DNA of 64,000 nucleotides from an uncultured Calditrichota bacterium (GTDB taxonomy: Bacteria > Calditrichota > Calditrichia > JAJRVZ01). Where the stretch lies: contig CAZBBC010000001.1 of NCBI GenBank assembly GCA_964489835.1, positions 71,564 through 135,563 on the forward strand. The letters are read 5' to 3'. Under the pieces are notes generated by a model that saw only the letters and a program-made list of their open reading frames with translations, was not told where the DNA came from and ran no database searches. Positions 27,771 to 36,944 of this stretch are shown here, piece by piece; position 1 is the stretch's first letter; each line of letters starts with the position of its first letter. Position numbers and translations under genes: made by a program.

Positions 27771-28807
27771 TGGATTCGTCGGGTGGAAAATTTCTACGAT
27801 TTCTAATTGTAATGATCATATTGGGTATGATCGCCTGGCTTCTGTATAGCCTGAGTACGATTATCACAATCATCGTCATATCTGCCCTTATGGCATACAT
27901 TTTAGATCCGATTGCCAGTTATTTGGAAGCAAAAGGTCTGTCGCGAAGTAATGCAACAATCATTATTTTCCTGTTACTTTTTGCCACGATTGGTCTTCTC
28001 GGATGGACACTATTACCGGGACTTTTTTACGAGCTATTTGATCTTCAGCATACTCTGAATTTGAAAGACACCGCCAGTATCAGTCAAAAGATTCAAGAAT
28101 TTATTGAACAAAATCTGAGTTTTATAAATGTGGAAAATATTGACATTGATGAGGAAGTTAAAAATATCATATCATTTTTAACAGATGAGCTACTATCAAT
28201 TCTGGCGAATCTTGTTTCGGTTATTTCATATATTGTAATCATTCCATTTGTTATCTTTTTCCTCCTAAAGGATGGGAGAGAAATGAAGAAATCTTTTATC
28301 CATGTTATTCCCAACCGCTATTTTGAAATGGTTTTAAACGTCATACATAAAATTGATCAGCAATTGGGCTGGTATCTGCGCGGACAGTTCACAGAAGCCT
28401 CTGTCGTCGGGATACTCTCTGTCATTGCTCTTTGGCTACTAGATGTCCAGTATTTTATTATGATCGGGGTCTTTGCCGGATTAGCCAATATGATTCCTTA
28501 TGTCGGACCTGTTGCCGGAATGGTTCCTGCTATTATAATAACAATTATGAATGGTGGCGAACCGGTCAAGATTTTATACATTATAATTGCCTTTTCTATT
28601 GTCCAGTTAATTGACAATATCATCCTGCAACCGATGGTTTTGTCCAAAAGTGTCAAGTTACACCCACTAATCATTGTCTTTGTTGTGCTTATCGGAGGGC
28701 AGTTTTTTGGTGTTCTTGGAATGCTTCTGGCTGTGCCTGTTGCCGGAATTATAAAAGTTACTTCCAGTGAACTCTATCAGGGTATACGTAAATTTAATTT
28801 AATTTGA
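27770..28807 (+). CDS. AI-2E family transporter (PerM/UPF0118)
   Basis: 345 aa with about 8 TM segments. The pattern ...FLLKDGREMKK ... LGWYLRGQF ... NMIPYVGPV ... IVQLIDNIILQPMVLSKSVKLHPL ... GMLLAVPV matches the AI-2E/UPF0118 family. Confidence 0.88.
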   Translation: MDSSGGKFLRFLIVMIILGMIAWLLYSLSTIITIIVISALMAYILDPIASYLEAKGLSRSNATIIIFLLLFATIGLLGWTLLPGLFYELFDLQHTLNLKDTASISQKIQEFIEQNLSFINVENIDIDEEVKNIISFLTDELLSILANLVSVISYIVIIPFVIFFLLKDGREMKKSFIHVIPNRYFEMVLNVIHKIDQQLGWYLRGQFTEASVVGILSVIALWLLDVQYFIMIGVFAGLANMIPYVGPVAGMVPAIIITIMNGGEPVKILYIIIAFSIVQLIDNIILQPMVLSKSVKLHPLIIVFVVLIGGQFFGVLGMLLAVPVAGIIKVTSSELYQGIRKFNLI

Positions 28808-28816
28808 TAGTTAAGA

Positions 28817-29230
28817 ATGAAAAATTCAATGGGTATAGATGAAAAAAGTGAGAAGTTAAAGGATTTCTTACCAATAACGTTGTTCATTGTTCTTACTTTT
28901 CTGCTTGAAGCTTTTCGATTGGAGAAAGCAACAAATCTGGTTATATCCGTATTTATTTCTTTGTTTAGTTTTGGTGTTCTTTCTGCTATGTTACGCGAAA
29001 AGTACGGTGACTTGCCGCAGCTGAAACCGTTACAACAAAAAATTGGTTTTCTTTCAGTCGCCTTCATGTTTATTATTGGAGTGGCAATTCTACACTGGTA
29101 TCAGATATTACATGTTAATATACGCTGGAGCCTTTTTTTTGTTTTTTTAATCCTTTACTTTCTTCTTTTGTTTCAAGCGGTTAATATGCTGCATGAAATA
29201 AAAGTTAATCTTAAAGGTGGAAAGAAATAG
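28817..29230 (+). CDS. hypothetical small membrane protein (about 4 TM)
   Basis: 137-aa ORF, tightly packed in a same-strand gene string. It has four hydrophobic segments. No family was recognised. Confidence 0.55.
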   Translation: MKNSMGIDEKSEKLKDFLPITLFIVLTFLLEAFRLEKATNLVISVFISLFSFGVLSAMLREKYGDLPQLKPLQQKIGFLSVAFMFIIGVAILHWYQILHVNIRWSLFFVFLILYFLLLFQAVNMLHEIKVNLKGGKK

Positions 29231-29231
29231 T

Positions 29232-29540
29232 ATGGTACTTCTGGAATTTATGATGAGCCCAACAGGAAAAGGAGAGAGCCTCAGTCCCTATGTTTCCAGG
29301 GTTTTAAATGTAATAGATGAAAGTGGGATTACGTATCGTCTCACACCCATGGGAACAATTCTGGAGGGAGAATGGGATGATGTAATGGGTGTTGTCAACA
29401 CCTGCTTTCAGGAATTAAAACGGGATTGTTCGCGTATTGGTGTCCATATCAAAATTGATTACCGCGCGAGCCCTGAGAGCCGGTTAGAGTCAAAAATTAA
29501 AAGCATAGAAACAAAATTGGGTAAAAAACTAAAAACATAA
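29232..29540 (+). CDS. MTH1187/YkoF-like (UPF0045, thiamine-binding-fold) protein
   Basis: Start moved to ATG 29232 (AAGGTGG upstream). MVLLEFMMSPTGKGESLSPYVSRVLNVIDESGITYRLTPMGTILEGEWDDVM matches the MTH1187-family N-terminal pattern. Confidence 0.8.
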   Translation: MVLLEFMMSPTGKGESLSPYVSRVLNVIDESGITYRLTPMGTILEGEWDDVMGVVNTCFQELKRDCSRIGVHIKIDYRASPESRLESKIKSIETKLGKKLKT

Positions 29541-29603
29541 TCTATCGGAATTATTTATCACTCCAAATATTACTTTTCAATATTATTTGTCAAATTCATC
29601 AGG

Positions 29604-30287
29604 ATGAGATTTATGCGAATCAAGTTTTCCCCCCTTATTCAGAAAAAAATATCCGGTTTAAAATTGGGAATATTGGCGGGGAAGAATCTTTCCATTAACA
29701 ATCAATCAGATCTGGTTTGTCAACAATTAAACGATTTGACAATTTTTATAAAGAAGAAATTCACTGATCAGCCGCCCTCAAAAGATCCGATTATATCAGC
29801 CGTTCGCCGTATGTATCGCCGGATCGGCTGGGAGCCAACGCAATACCGGCCGTCTTCGGAAGCGATGATACGTCGGTTTATCAAAGAAAAAGGATTATAT
29901 CGCATTAATAACCTGGTAGATCTTGGAAATATTGTTTCAACACGCTTCCATTTGCCGATGGGATTGTATGATAGTGATAAGATAATCGGTTCAATTCTGG
30001 TTGATGTCGGAAAAGAGGATGAAGAGTATGCAGGAATATCCAAAGACATTATTCATGCAACCGGCAAGCTCGTTCTCCGCGATGATTGTGGTGTTTTTGG
30101 GAATCCGACGGCTGATTCCTTAAGGACAAGCATTCAGGAAAATACCACAAACATTCTGGCACTGTTTTTTACTCCACCAGAAGTAACCGATTTCTGGCTG
30201 GAGCAAACCCTTAATTTTCTTCAGAATCTGTACGGTCATGACTGCCCACAGGCAACCTTTAATCGTGTAGTGACTGTTTCTGTTTAG
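29604..30287 (+). CDS. B3/B4 domain-containing protein (solo PheT-beta B3/4-like domain)
   Basis: YRPSSEAMIRRFIKEKGLYRINNLVDLGNIVSTRFHLPMGLYDSDKI resembles the B3_4 tRNA-binding domain found in stand-alone COG3382-type proteins. The assignment is from memory. Confidence 0.65.
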   Translation: MRFMRIKFSPLIQKKISGLKLGILAGKNLSINNQSDLVCQQLNDLTIFIKKKFTDQPPSKDPIISAVRRMYRRIGWEPTQYRPSSEAMIRRFIKEKGLYRINNLVDLGNIVSTRFHLPMGLYDSDKIIGSILVDVGKEDEEYAGISKDIIHATGKLVLRDDCGVFGNPTADSLRTSIQENTTNILALFFTPPEVTDFWLEQTLNFLQNLYGHDCPQATFNRVVTVSV

Positions 30288-30296
30288 ATTTCGGCC

Positions 30297-31268
30297 TTAC
30301 ATTTCTTTATAAAATTTGCCCTGCCAGGTGTCTCTTTTTTCAAACTCTTTATGAATATAGTGTAGCACTTCAGTATTTCTTTTTCCCCAGCGTGGCGCAA
30401 GAAGAACGCGCATTGGAGCTTCTCCTGCTAACCGCTGAATAATTATTTCAGGATTTAATCTCTCTAAAAAGGATACGATGGTTTCAACATATTCGGCCAG
30501 TGTAAATAAAAGAAAAGGCGTTTTAGCATGCTGTTCTGCCATCACTGTGTTTTTTACAATATGCAATTGATGAATTTTTAAAAAGTTGAAATTTATTTCA
30601 GACAGAATATCCGCTTCGTATAGCCATTGATCTATATTTTCCCAGGGAAAACCGAGAATGATATGAGTGCAAATGTTTATTCCCCGTCCGGCGGTCATTT
30701 CCACGGCATTCAGATAGCTCTGGAAATCATGTCCGCGATTTATTTTCTTTAGTGAGTCATTATAAATTGATTCAAGTCCGTATTCAATGGTTATATCATA
30801 AGATTGACTCAGGGTTGCAAGATATACAATTTTTGCTTCGTCTATACAATCTGGCCGGGTTCCTATTGTAAGACCAATAATGCCCGAATAGGATAGTGCT
30901 TCTTCATATAAACGTTTCAAATGATCGAGTGAAGCATAGGTATTGCTGTAAGGCTGAAAGTAGACGATAAATTTATTAACCTGATATCTCCGTTTAAGAA
31001 ATTCAATTCCTTCCTCGATTTGTTGGCGCATACTTTTGTTCGGATTGTTATACCCGGGATTAAAGCTATCATTATTACAATAAATACACCCGCCATAAGT
31101 TACCGAACCATCACGGTTAGGACATGTGAACCCGGCATCAACGGTTACTTTTTGAACCCGCTCTCCGAATTTTTTTTTCAGGTAATTATTGTATGAGTTA
31201 TATCTTTTCCCGCCAAATATTTTCGGATAATCAATGGTCACCAATGAATCTTTCCTGTAGTTAAACAA
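30297..31268 (-). CDS. TIGR01212-family radical SAM protein (YhcC-like)
   Basis: KVTVDAGFTCPNRDGSVTYGGCIYCNNDSF closely parallels the E. coli YhcC N-terminal Cys cluster. There is no in-frame ATG upstream of the cluster, so a TTG (31268) or nearby TTG/GTG start is required. Confidence 0.85.
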   Translation of the reverse strand: MFNYRKDSLVTIDYPKIFGGKRYNSYNNYLKKKFGERVQKVTVDAGFTCPNRDGSVTYGGCIYCNNDSFNPGYNNPNKSMRQQIEEGIEFLKRRYQVNKFIVYFQPYSNTYASLDHLKRLYEEALSYSGIIGLTIGTRPDCIDEAKIVYLATLSQSYDITIEYGLESIYNDSLKKINRGHDFQSYLNAVEMTAGRGINICTHIILGFPWENIDQWLYEADILSEINFNFLKIHQLHIVKNTVMAEQHAKTPFLLFTLAEYVETIVSFLERLNPEIIIQRLAGEAPMRVLLAPRWGKRNTEVLHYIHKEFEKRDTWQGKFYKEM

Positions 31269-31645
31269 CCGGGCAATTCTTTTCCGGGTTCTCCGTGGAT
31301 TTCACGGATGGCTTTTATTATCTCAATCAATGTAAATTGAATTGTCATTAGGAATATTTCTATTTTTTTATCGGGATTGCTCTACCGATTTTTCATGCTT
31401 TTTTTAGATCTATTATACTTATTAAATTATTCCTATACAAATTTTCCATTCCTGGATATATAAAGTAAAAAGTTGCCACCTGGATGTTTCGTAATCCTAC
31501 TAATTCCAGGTGATTAAGTTAATCTTGCATAAGTTTTTTATGAGTCGGTCTGACAAGCTCCCAGAACGTGTTAAGTTGAATCATTGTAAGATTAAACATA
31601 TATTTAAATAGTTGATCATCTTTTTACAAAACCCAGGGTTTCCAT

Positions 31646-33739
31646 TTGAAAGCACTAATATCAATTTTTGCGCCAAAATCAATTGCGGTTATCGGAGCCT
31701 CAAGACGTGACGGATCCCTGGGGAAAATGTTTCTTGACGCTGTTGTCGGGATGAATTACAAGGGTTCTATATATCCGATCAATCCCAAAGCAGAGAGGAT
31801 CAACAATATTCGATGCTACACCGACATTTCCAGCATACCAGATATTCCTGATCTGGCGATTATACTGTTGCCCAAAGAAATGGTATTAGACGCAGTTCAG
31901 ACAGTGGCCCAAAAAAAGGTTAAGAATATTATTATTATTAGTGCCGGATTTAAAGAAGTTGGTGCAGAAGGCCGGGAGCGGGAAAAGACGCTGGTTGCGT
32001 ATATCAAAAACAATAACATGAGAATGATTGGTCCCAATAGCATGGGGCTTTTTAATACCGATCCATCTATTTCTTTGAATGCAACATTTTCTCCCACCCC
32101 GCCAATTCCGGGTCATGTCGGATTTATTTCTCAAAGTGGTGCACTGGGGGTAGCCGTTCTTGAACTTTCTCAAAATCTTGGATTGGGATTTTCTTGTTTT
32201 GTCAGTACCGGTAATAAAGCCGATATAAACGATGCGGATTGTTTGCGTTTTTTAGCCGGAGATAAAAACACCAAAACGATCATTTTATATCAGGAAAGTA
32301 TTGAAAATCCGGCAACGTTTCGTAAAATCTGTATGGAAATTATTCCCCATAAACCGATATTGGCACTCAAAGCGGGACGAACAAAAAGCGGACTAAAAGC
32401 GGCTTCATCCCATACGGGCGTCTTAGCGTCTGATGATGTCATCACAGATACCTTTTTAAAACAGTGTGGTCTTATTCGCTGCGAAACCCTGCAGGAACTG
32501 CTTGACACAGCTATGTCTGTTATTTCTCAACCAATGCCCTCGGGGAATAAAGTGGCTGTTGTTACCAATGCCGGGGGCCCGGGGATTTTGGCCAGCGATG
32601 CCCTGGAAAACCATGGGTTGGAGCTTGCCTTACTTTCAGAGGACACAATCTTACAATTACGGCAACATTTACCCGCAGAAGCGGGTTTATACAACCCGGT
32701 TGATATGATAGCCAGCGCCACTCATGAAACCTACAGAAATGTCTGCAGTATTGTAGATAAAGATAAAAATGTAGATTCTATTTTCTTAATTATTGTAAAA
32801 CCGCCAGTAAATACCACTCCGAAAAAAATTATAGAGGAAATAAAACCGGTTATCGAAAATTCAAAAAAACCATATTTTTGCACGTTAATGGCTCAAGAAA
32901 ATCCGGAGGCAGGATTAGAAGTTTTTAGAGCTTTAAATCTTCCCGTTTTTTCGTTCCCGGAATCATCTGCCCGGGCGCTGGGTAATATGATAAAATATAT
33001 GAAAATAAAGGATCGGTTTAAGAAATCTAAACCAGACCTCGCAAATATATCTAAAACTTCAAATAAAAGTGGAGATAAAAAGCAGGCAACATTTCGGGAA
33101 ATAACGGAACTATTATCCAAATATGGATTAAATTCATGTGACTATATTATTACTTCGCGAGAAGAAGAAATCGTGAAATTCCAAAAACAAATGGGACCGA
33201 TTGTACTGAAAATTGCCAATGAAGAGATCATTCATAAATCGGATGCCGGTCTGGTAAAGCTTAATCTTTCTTCTTCTGCTGAAGTAAAACATGCGTTTAA
33301 TGAAATTTCAATAAAAGCCAGGCCTTTGATATCTTTTGGAAAAAATCCTCTTCTCCTGGCCCAGAAAATGATACGGAGCAATATTGAGCTGGTACTTGGG
33401 GCTAAGCGGGACCCGGTATTTGGGGCGACTATAATGTTTGGCATCGGTGGCATCTTTGTTGAATTGTATAAAGATGTTGTTTTTCGAATATTACCGGTCG
33501 ATGAAATTGAAATTCATCAGATGTTGGACGAACTCAAAGGGAAAAAAATACTGGAAGGGTTCAGACATTATCCGGGCATTGATTTTAAGGTATTAACAGA
33601 AACGATTATCAATTTTTCTACTATGATCGATGAAAACCCTGAAATTGTTGAAATGGATTTGAATCCGTTACTCTGGTCGGTTGACAAAAACGAACTGATA
33701 GTTGTCGATAGTCGTTGTACACTAACAGGTGATTTTTGA
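31646..33739 (+). CDS. ADP-forming acetyl-CoA synthetase / acyl-CoA ligase, fused alpha-beta (CoA-binding + succinyl-CoA-ligase-like + ATP-grasp)
   Basis: N-terminus FAPKSIAVIGASRRDGSLG (CoA-binding Rossmann), phosphohistidine region AASSHTGVLAS and C-terminal ATP-grasp (VLKIANEEIIHKSDAGLVKLNL). A TTG start is required because the next in-frame Met (residue 28) lies downstream of the N-terminal CoA-binding glycine motif (SIAVIGAS). Confidence 0.85.
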   Translation: MKALISIFAPKSIAVIGASRRDGSLGKMFLDAVVGMNYKGSIYPINPKAERINNIRCYTDISSIPDIPDLAIILLPKEMVLDAVQTVAQKKVKNIIIISAGFKEVGAEGREREKTLVAYIKNNNMRMIGPNSMGLFNTDPSISLNATFSPTPPIPGHVGFISQSGALGVAVLELSQNLGLGFSCFVSTGNKADINDADCLRFLAGDKNTKTIILYQESIENPATFRKICMEIIPHKPILALKAGRTKSGLKAASSHTGVLASDDVITDTFLKQCGLIRCETLQELLDTAMSVISQPMPSGNKVAVVTNAGGPGILASDALENHGLELALLSEDTILQLRQHLPAEAGLYNPVDMIASATHETYRNVCSIVDKDKNVDSIFLIIVKPPVNTTPKKIIEEIKPVIENSKKPYFCTLMAQENPEAGLEVFRALNLPVFSFPESSARALGNMIKYMKIKDRFKKSKPDLANISKTSNKSGDKKQATFREITELLSKYGLNSCDYIITSREEEIVKFQKQMGPIVLKIANEEIIHKSDAGLVKLNLSSSAEVKHAFNEISIKARPLISFGKNPLLLAQKMIRSNIELVLGAKRDPVFGATIMFGIGGIFVELYKDVVFRILPVDEIEIHQMLDELKGKKILEGFRHYPGIDFKVLTETIINFSTMIDENPEIVEMDLNPLLWSVDKNELIVVDSRCTLTGDF

Positions 33740-33770
33740 TCCGGTACATATTTGTGAAATTAATGGATGT

Positions 33771-35975
33771 ATGAAGAAACTGAAATCTCACTTAAAACCG
33801 ATTATTATTTTCTTTGTTTGGTTTCCATTGTGTGTTTTTCCACAAGCCTATTTGTGGCCCACCAATGCCAGTGATTATTTATCCTCAAGTTTTTGTGAAT
33901 TTCGGGAAGGACATTATCACTCCGCGATCGATATTAAAACATGGAACACAGAAGGATATCCCTGTTATGCAGTTGCGGACGGTTTTATCAAAAGACTACG
34001 CATATCCCCGTTCGGTTACGGAAAAGTCCTCTATCTTCAGTTAGAAGATGGAAATACGGCGGTTTATGCCCACTTGCAGAAATTTAGTAAAGCGATAGAC
34101 AAACAGGTGCGGAAGATTCAATTCAGAAATAAAAAATACTGTCTTAACTGGTGGCCGAAAAATTTAAAAGTAAAAAAAGGGGATATTATTGCCTACACCG
34201 GGCGCACAGGAATTGGTGTACCGCACTTGCATTTTGAAATCCGTAATAAAAAAGATAACCCTGTCAATCCGCTTGTTTATTATTCAAGAATAAAAGATAA
34301 TATCCGCCCGAAACTACTAGAACTGGCTGTAATTCCACTCACGAAAACAGCAACGATAAATGGCAGTTTTTCACCAAAAACTTTCCCGGTTACCCATATA
34401 AAAGATGGTATCTATGTTATAAAAGAACCTTTGTATACATATGGGAAGATCGGACTGGCCATTCACGGATATGATCTGGCCGATGATGTCACTAATAAAT
34501 ATGGATTTTCTCATACGGATCTAGAAGTTGCCGGGCAGAAAATTTTTCAGATTGAATATGATGAACTGAATTTTTCAACCACAGAACATATTTACTCAGA
34601 AATTTATTATCCTTATTGGGCCGAGAAAAAACAGGTTTTTAATAAACTTTATCTGGAATCCTTTAACCCATTATCTTTTTATAATCGATCATTAGCAGCG
34701 GATGGCAGTATAGAAGTTTATGAAAACCCAATTTCTTTTAATATAACCGTGTCGGATTTCAAAAAAAACCGGAGCATTATTAGCGGAGAATTACTACCCG
34801 CCCAAAAATATTCAATAAAAGTCATTAACGCCGTCAGGAAAAAATCCTGGGCTTATGTAAAATTTTTAGCGCTACAGATCCGGGATTTAAAATTTTTTAC
34901 AGGAAAGAATAATCGTACCTGGGCGCCGGTAGAATATTTTGAGATTTTAGAAGGTAAAATCGAAAATTCAGAACATGGTCTATTGGTCAGGGTGAGCTTG
35001 AAGGACAGTTCAAATTTGTATCTGAAAATTGAGGTTAATAAAAAGGTCAGCCGGTCAATATATTTTGGACTACCCGATATTGCGCCCGAAAAATTATATC
35101 AACCATATGTTCTGGGAAAAAAGTTAATCGTTGACATTCCGGATTTAAATCCAAACACGCAAATCAGATTATTAGATGATCAGGTAAAACTCGGCACCAG
35201 TTTTCCTGAGGGGGAGAACCGGCAGGTGTTAATTCCGGGTCGTTATATTATCGGTAAACCCGCGGCACTAATGATCTCCTCTGATTCTGTTAATACCTCC
35301 ATAATGAACCTGAATTTTGATGCGCTATATCCAAACGAAACTACCATATCCAGCTGGTTTGATTCTGCGTTGGTCATTCAATCATTCGAAGGCTCGGTGA
35401 TGGATACAACATTATTTACTGTTGAGGTCCTGGATATTGACACGGTTTTAAGCGAATTTCCAACGGCAAGTCAGATCTTTGAAATCTCCCCGCGAAATTT
35501 TCCTATTTTTAATTCTGTCTCAATTAGAATTCAAGCAGACTCTTTACCTGCCTGGGGGCAATGGTCAATTTTTAAAACAAACGGAGAAGATAAAATTTCA
35601 TATCTTTCTTCGAAAATAGATTCAGGGGCACTTCATTTCACAACCAGAACTTCTTCTTTGGGAAAATTTGTTATCGCCGCAGATACTATACCCCCAGAAG
35701 TATCAATCATCAAGCCAATCAACGGACAGACCTATAAAAGATCTCCGGAAATTCAAATTGAAATAAAAGATCTTCTTTCGGGTATTGGTGATGAAGAAGA
35801 CATTTCCCTGATCATGGATGGAAACTATGTGCTTCCCGAGTGGGATCCGGAAGAGGATCTTTTAACCGGTATATTAGCGAATGATTTATCGGTTGGAAAT
35901 CATGTTCTTACAGTCTCAATAGGTGACCGATCAGGAAATAAGACGCGTAAGGCCGTCTATTTTAAAATAGAATAA
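33771..35975 (+). CDS. M23-family metallopeptidase with ~500-aa C-terminal extension
   Basis: Start moved to ATG 33771 (signal MKKLKSHLKPIIIFFVWFPLCVFPQA). M23 motifs HxxxD (HSAIDI) and HxH (VPHLHFEIR) are present. The remaining ~500 aa are beta-rich and I could not assign them. Confidence 0.8.
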   Translation: MKKLKSHLKPIIIFFVWFPLCVFPQAYLWPTNASDYLSSSFCEFREGHYHSAIDIKTWNTEGYPCYAVADGFIKRLRISPFGYGKVLYLQLEDGNTAVYAHLQKFSKAIDKQVRKIQFRNKKYCLNWWPKNLKVKKGDIIAYTGRTGIGVPHLHFEIRNKKDNPVNPLVYYSRIKDNIRPKLLELAVIPLTKTATINGSFSPKTFPVTHIKDGIYVIKEPLYTYGKIGLAIHGYDLADDVTNKYGFSHTDLEVAGQKIFQIEYDELNFSTTEHIYSEIYYPYWAEKKQVFNKLYLESFNPLSFYNRSLAADGSIEVYENPISFNITVSDFKKNRSIISGELLPAQKYSIKVINAVRKKSWAYVKFLALQIRDLKFFTGKNNRTWAPVEYFEILEGKIENSEHGLLVRVSLKDSSNLYLKIEVNKKVSRSIYFGLPDIAPEKLYQPYVLGKKLIVDIPDLNPNTQIRLLDDQVKLGTSFPEGENRQVLIPGRYIIGKPAALMISSDSVNTSIMNLNFDALYPNETTISSWFDSALVIQSFEGSVMDTTLFTVEVLDIDTVLSEFPTASQIFEISPRNFPIFNSVSIRIQADSLPAWGQWSIFKTNGEDKISYLSSKIDSGALHFTTRTSSLGKFVIAADTIPPEVSIIKPINGQTYKRSPEIQIEIKDLLSGIGDEEDISLIMDGNYVLPEWDPEEDLLTGILANDLSVGNHVLTVSIGDRSGNKTRKAVYFKIE

Positions 35976-36095
35976 GTATAATCAGAAAATCCTCCTTTAT
36001 TGTTTTCATCCTGTGGCAAGTGTATATTAATGACAACCAGCGGCCGCTTGATACATGGGCCAACGGCGGTAATATCTTATAAAAAATTTTGAGTG

Positions 36096-36944
36096 ATGAT
36101 GTCTAAGGGCTTAAAAATTCGTCAACCAGCAGTTGCCGGAATGTTTTATCCCGAGAAGAAAATAGAGCTTGATCGCACGGTAGCTATTGTGCTGGAAGAA
36201 TCTCAGGAGTATAATATTCCGGGTGTCATTAGAGGAATGGTTGTCCCCCATGCCGGTTATATGTTCTCCGGGGGGGTGGCTGCCCGTGCTTATCGGCAGG
36301 TATTTGGACATGACATTGATGTCGTAGTAGTGATTTCTCCCAGCCATTGTGAATATTTTACGGAAATTTCTATTTATGATGGATATGCCTATTCCACTCC
36401 TCTAGGAACACTACCGGTTGACAGAGAAATTGCCGAAAAGCTGTTGACTACCAGTCCACAGATTATTCTATCCGATAAAGGTCACCGCTTTGATGAACAT
36501 GCACTGGAAGTACAATTACCTTTTTTACAAAAAGTTTTTGATAAATTCAGGTTTATACCAATAGTGATGGGTGAGCACAGCCATAGTAATATCCAGTTAC
36601 TGGCAAATAGTTTGGCCCAGGTTTTAAAGGATGAAAAGGCTTTGATTGTTGCTTCAAGCGATCTTTCTCATTTTTATACAGATGAAAAAGCCACTTCCCT
36701 GGATCAGGTTGTCGTTGAGGACATGGAAAATTTTGATGAAGAAAAATTGTTTCAGGATTTGAAATCCGGTCAGGCCGAGATGTGTGGCGGTGGTCCGGCA
36801 ATGGCGACCATGAAAGCCTGTAAACTTTTAGGGGCTGATAAGGCGAGAGTATTACTTTATAGAAATTCCGGTGATATCACGGGTGATCGTTCGGAGGTCG
36901 TCGGTTATCTTTCGGCAATCTTTTATAAACAATGCGAGAATTAA
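36096..36944 (+). CDS. amrB: AmmeMemoRadiSam system protein B (MEMO1-like)
   Basis: IRQPAVAGMFYPEKK ... VVPHAGYMFSG ... SSDLSHF ... CGGGP are the Memo-family metal-site motifs. Start candidates are GTG 36093 and ATG 36096/36099. Confidence 0.88.
   Translation: MMSKGLKIRQPAVAGMFYPEKKIELDRTVAIVLEESQEYNIPGVIRGMVVPHAGYMFSGGVAARAYRQVFGHDIDVVVVISPSHCEYFTEISIYDGYAYSTPLGTLPVDREIAEKLLTTSPQIILSDKGHRFDEHALEVQLPFLQKVFDKFRFIPIVMGEHSHSNIQLLANSLAQVLKDEKALIVASSDLSHFYTDEKATSLDQVVVEDMENFDEEKLFQDLKSGQAEMCGGGPAMATMKACKLLGADKARVLLYRNSGDITGDRSEVVGYLSAIFYKQCEN

Noticed and set aside
30297-31268. The radical SAM gene, considered as the missing AmrS partner of the AmmeMemoRadiSam A/B pair 5 kb away.
   Set aside because: The N-terminal Cys cluster (CPNRDG...GGCIYC) and overall layout match the YhcC/TIGR01212 family, not the AmrS CxxxCxxC pattern. 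The gene is on the opposite strand and separated by two unrelated genes.
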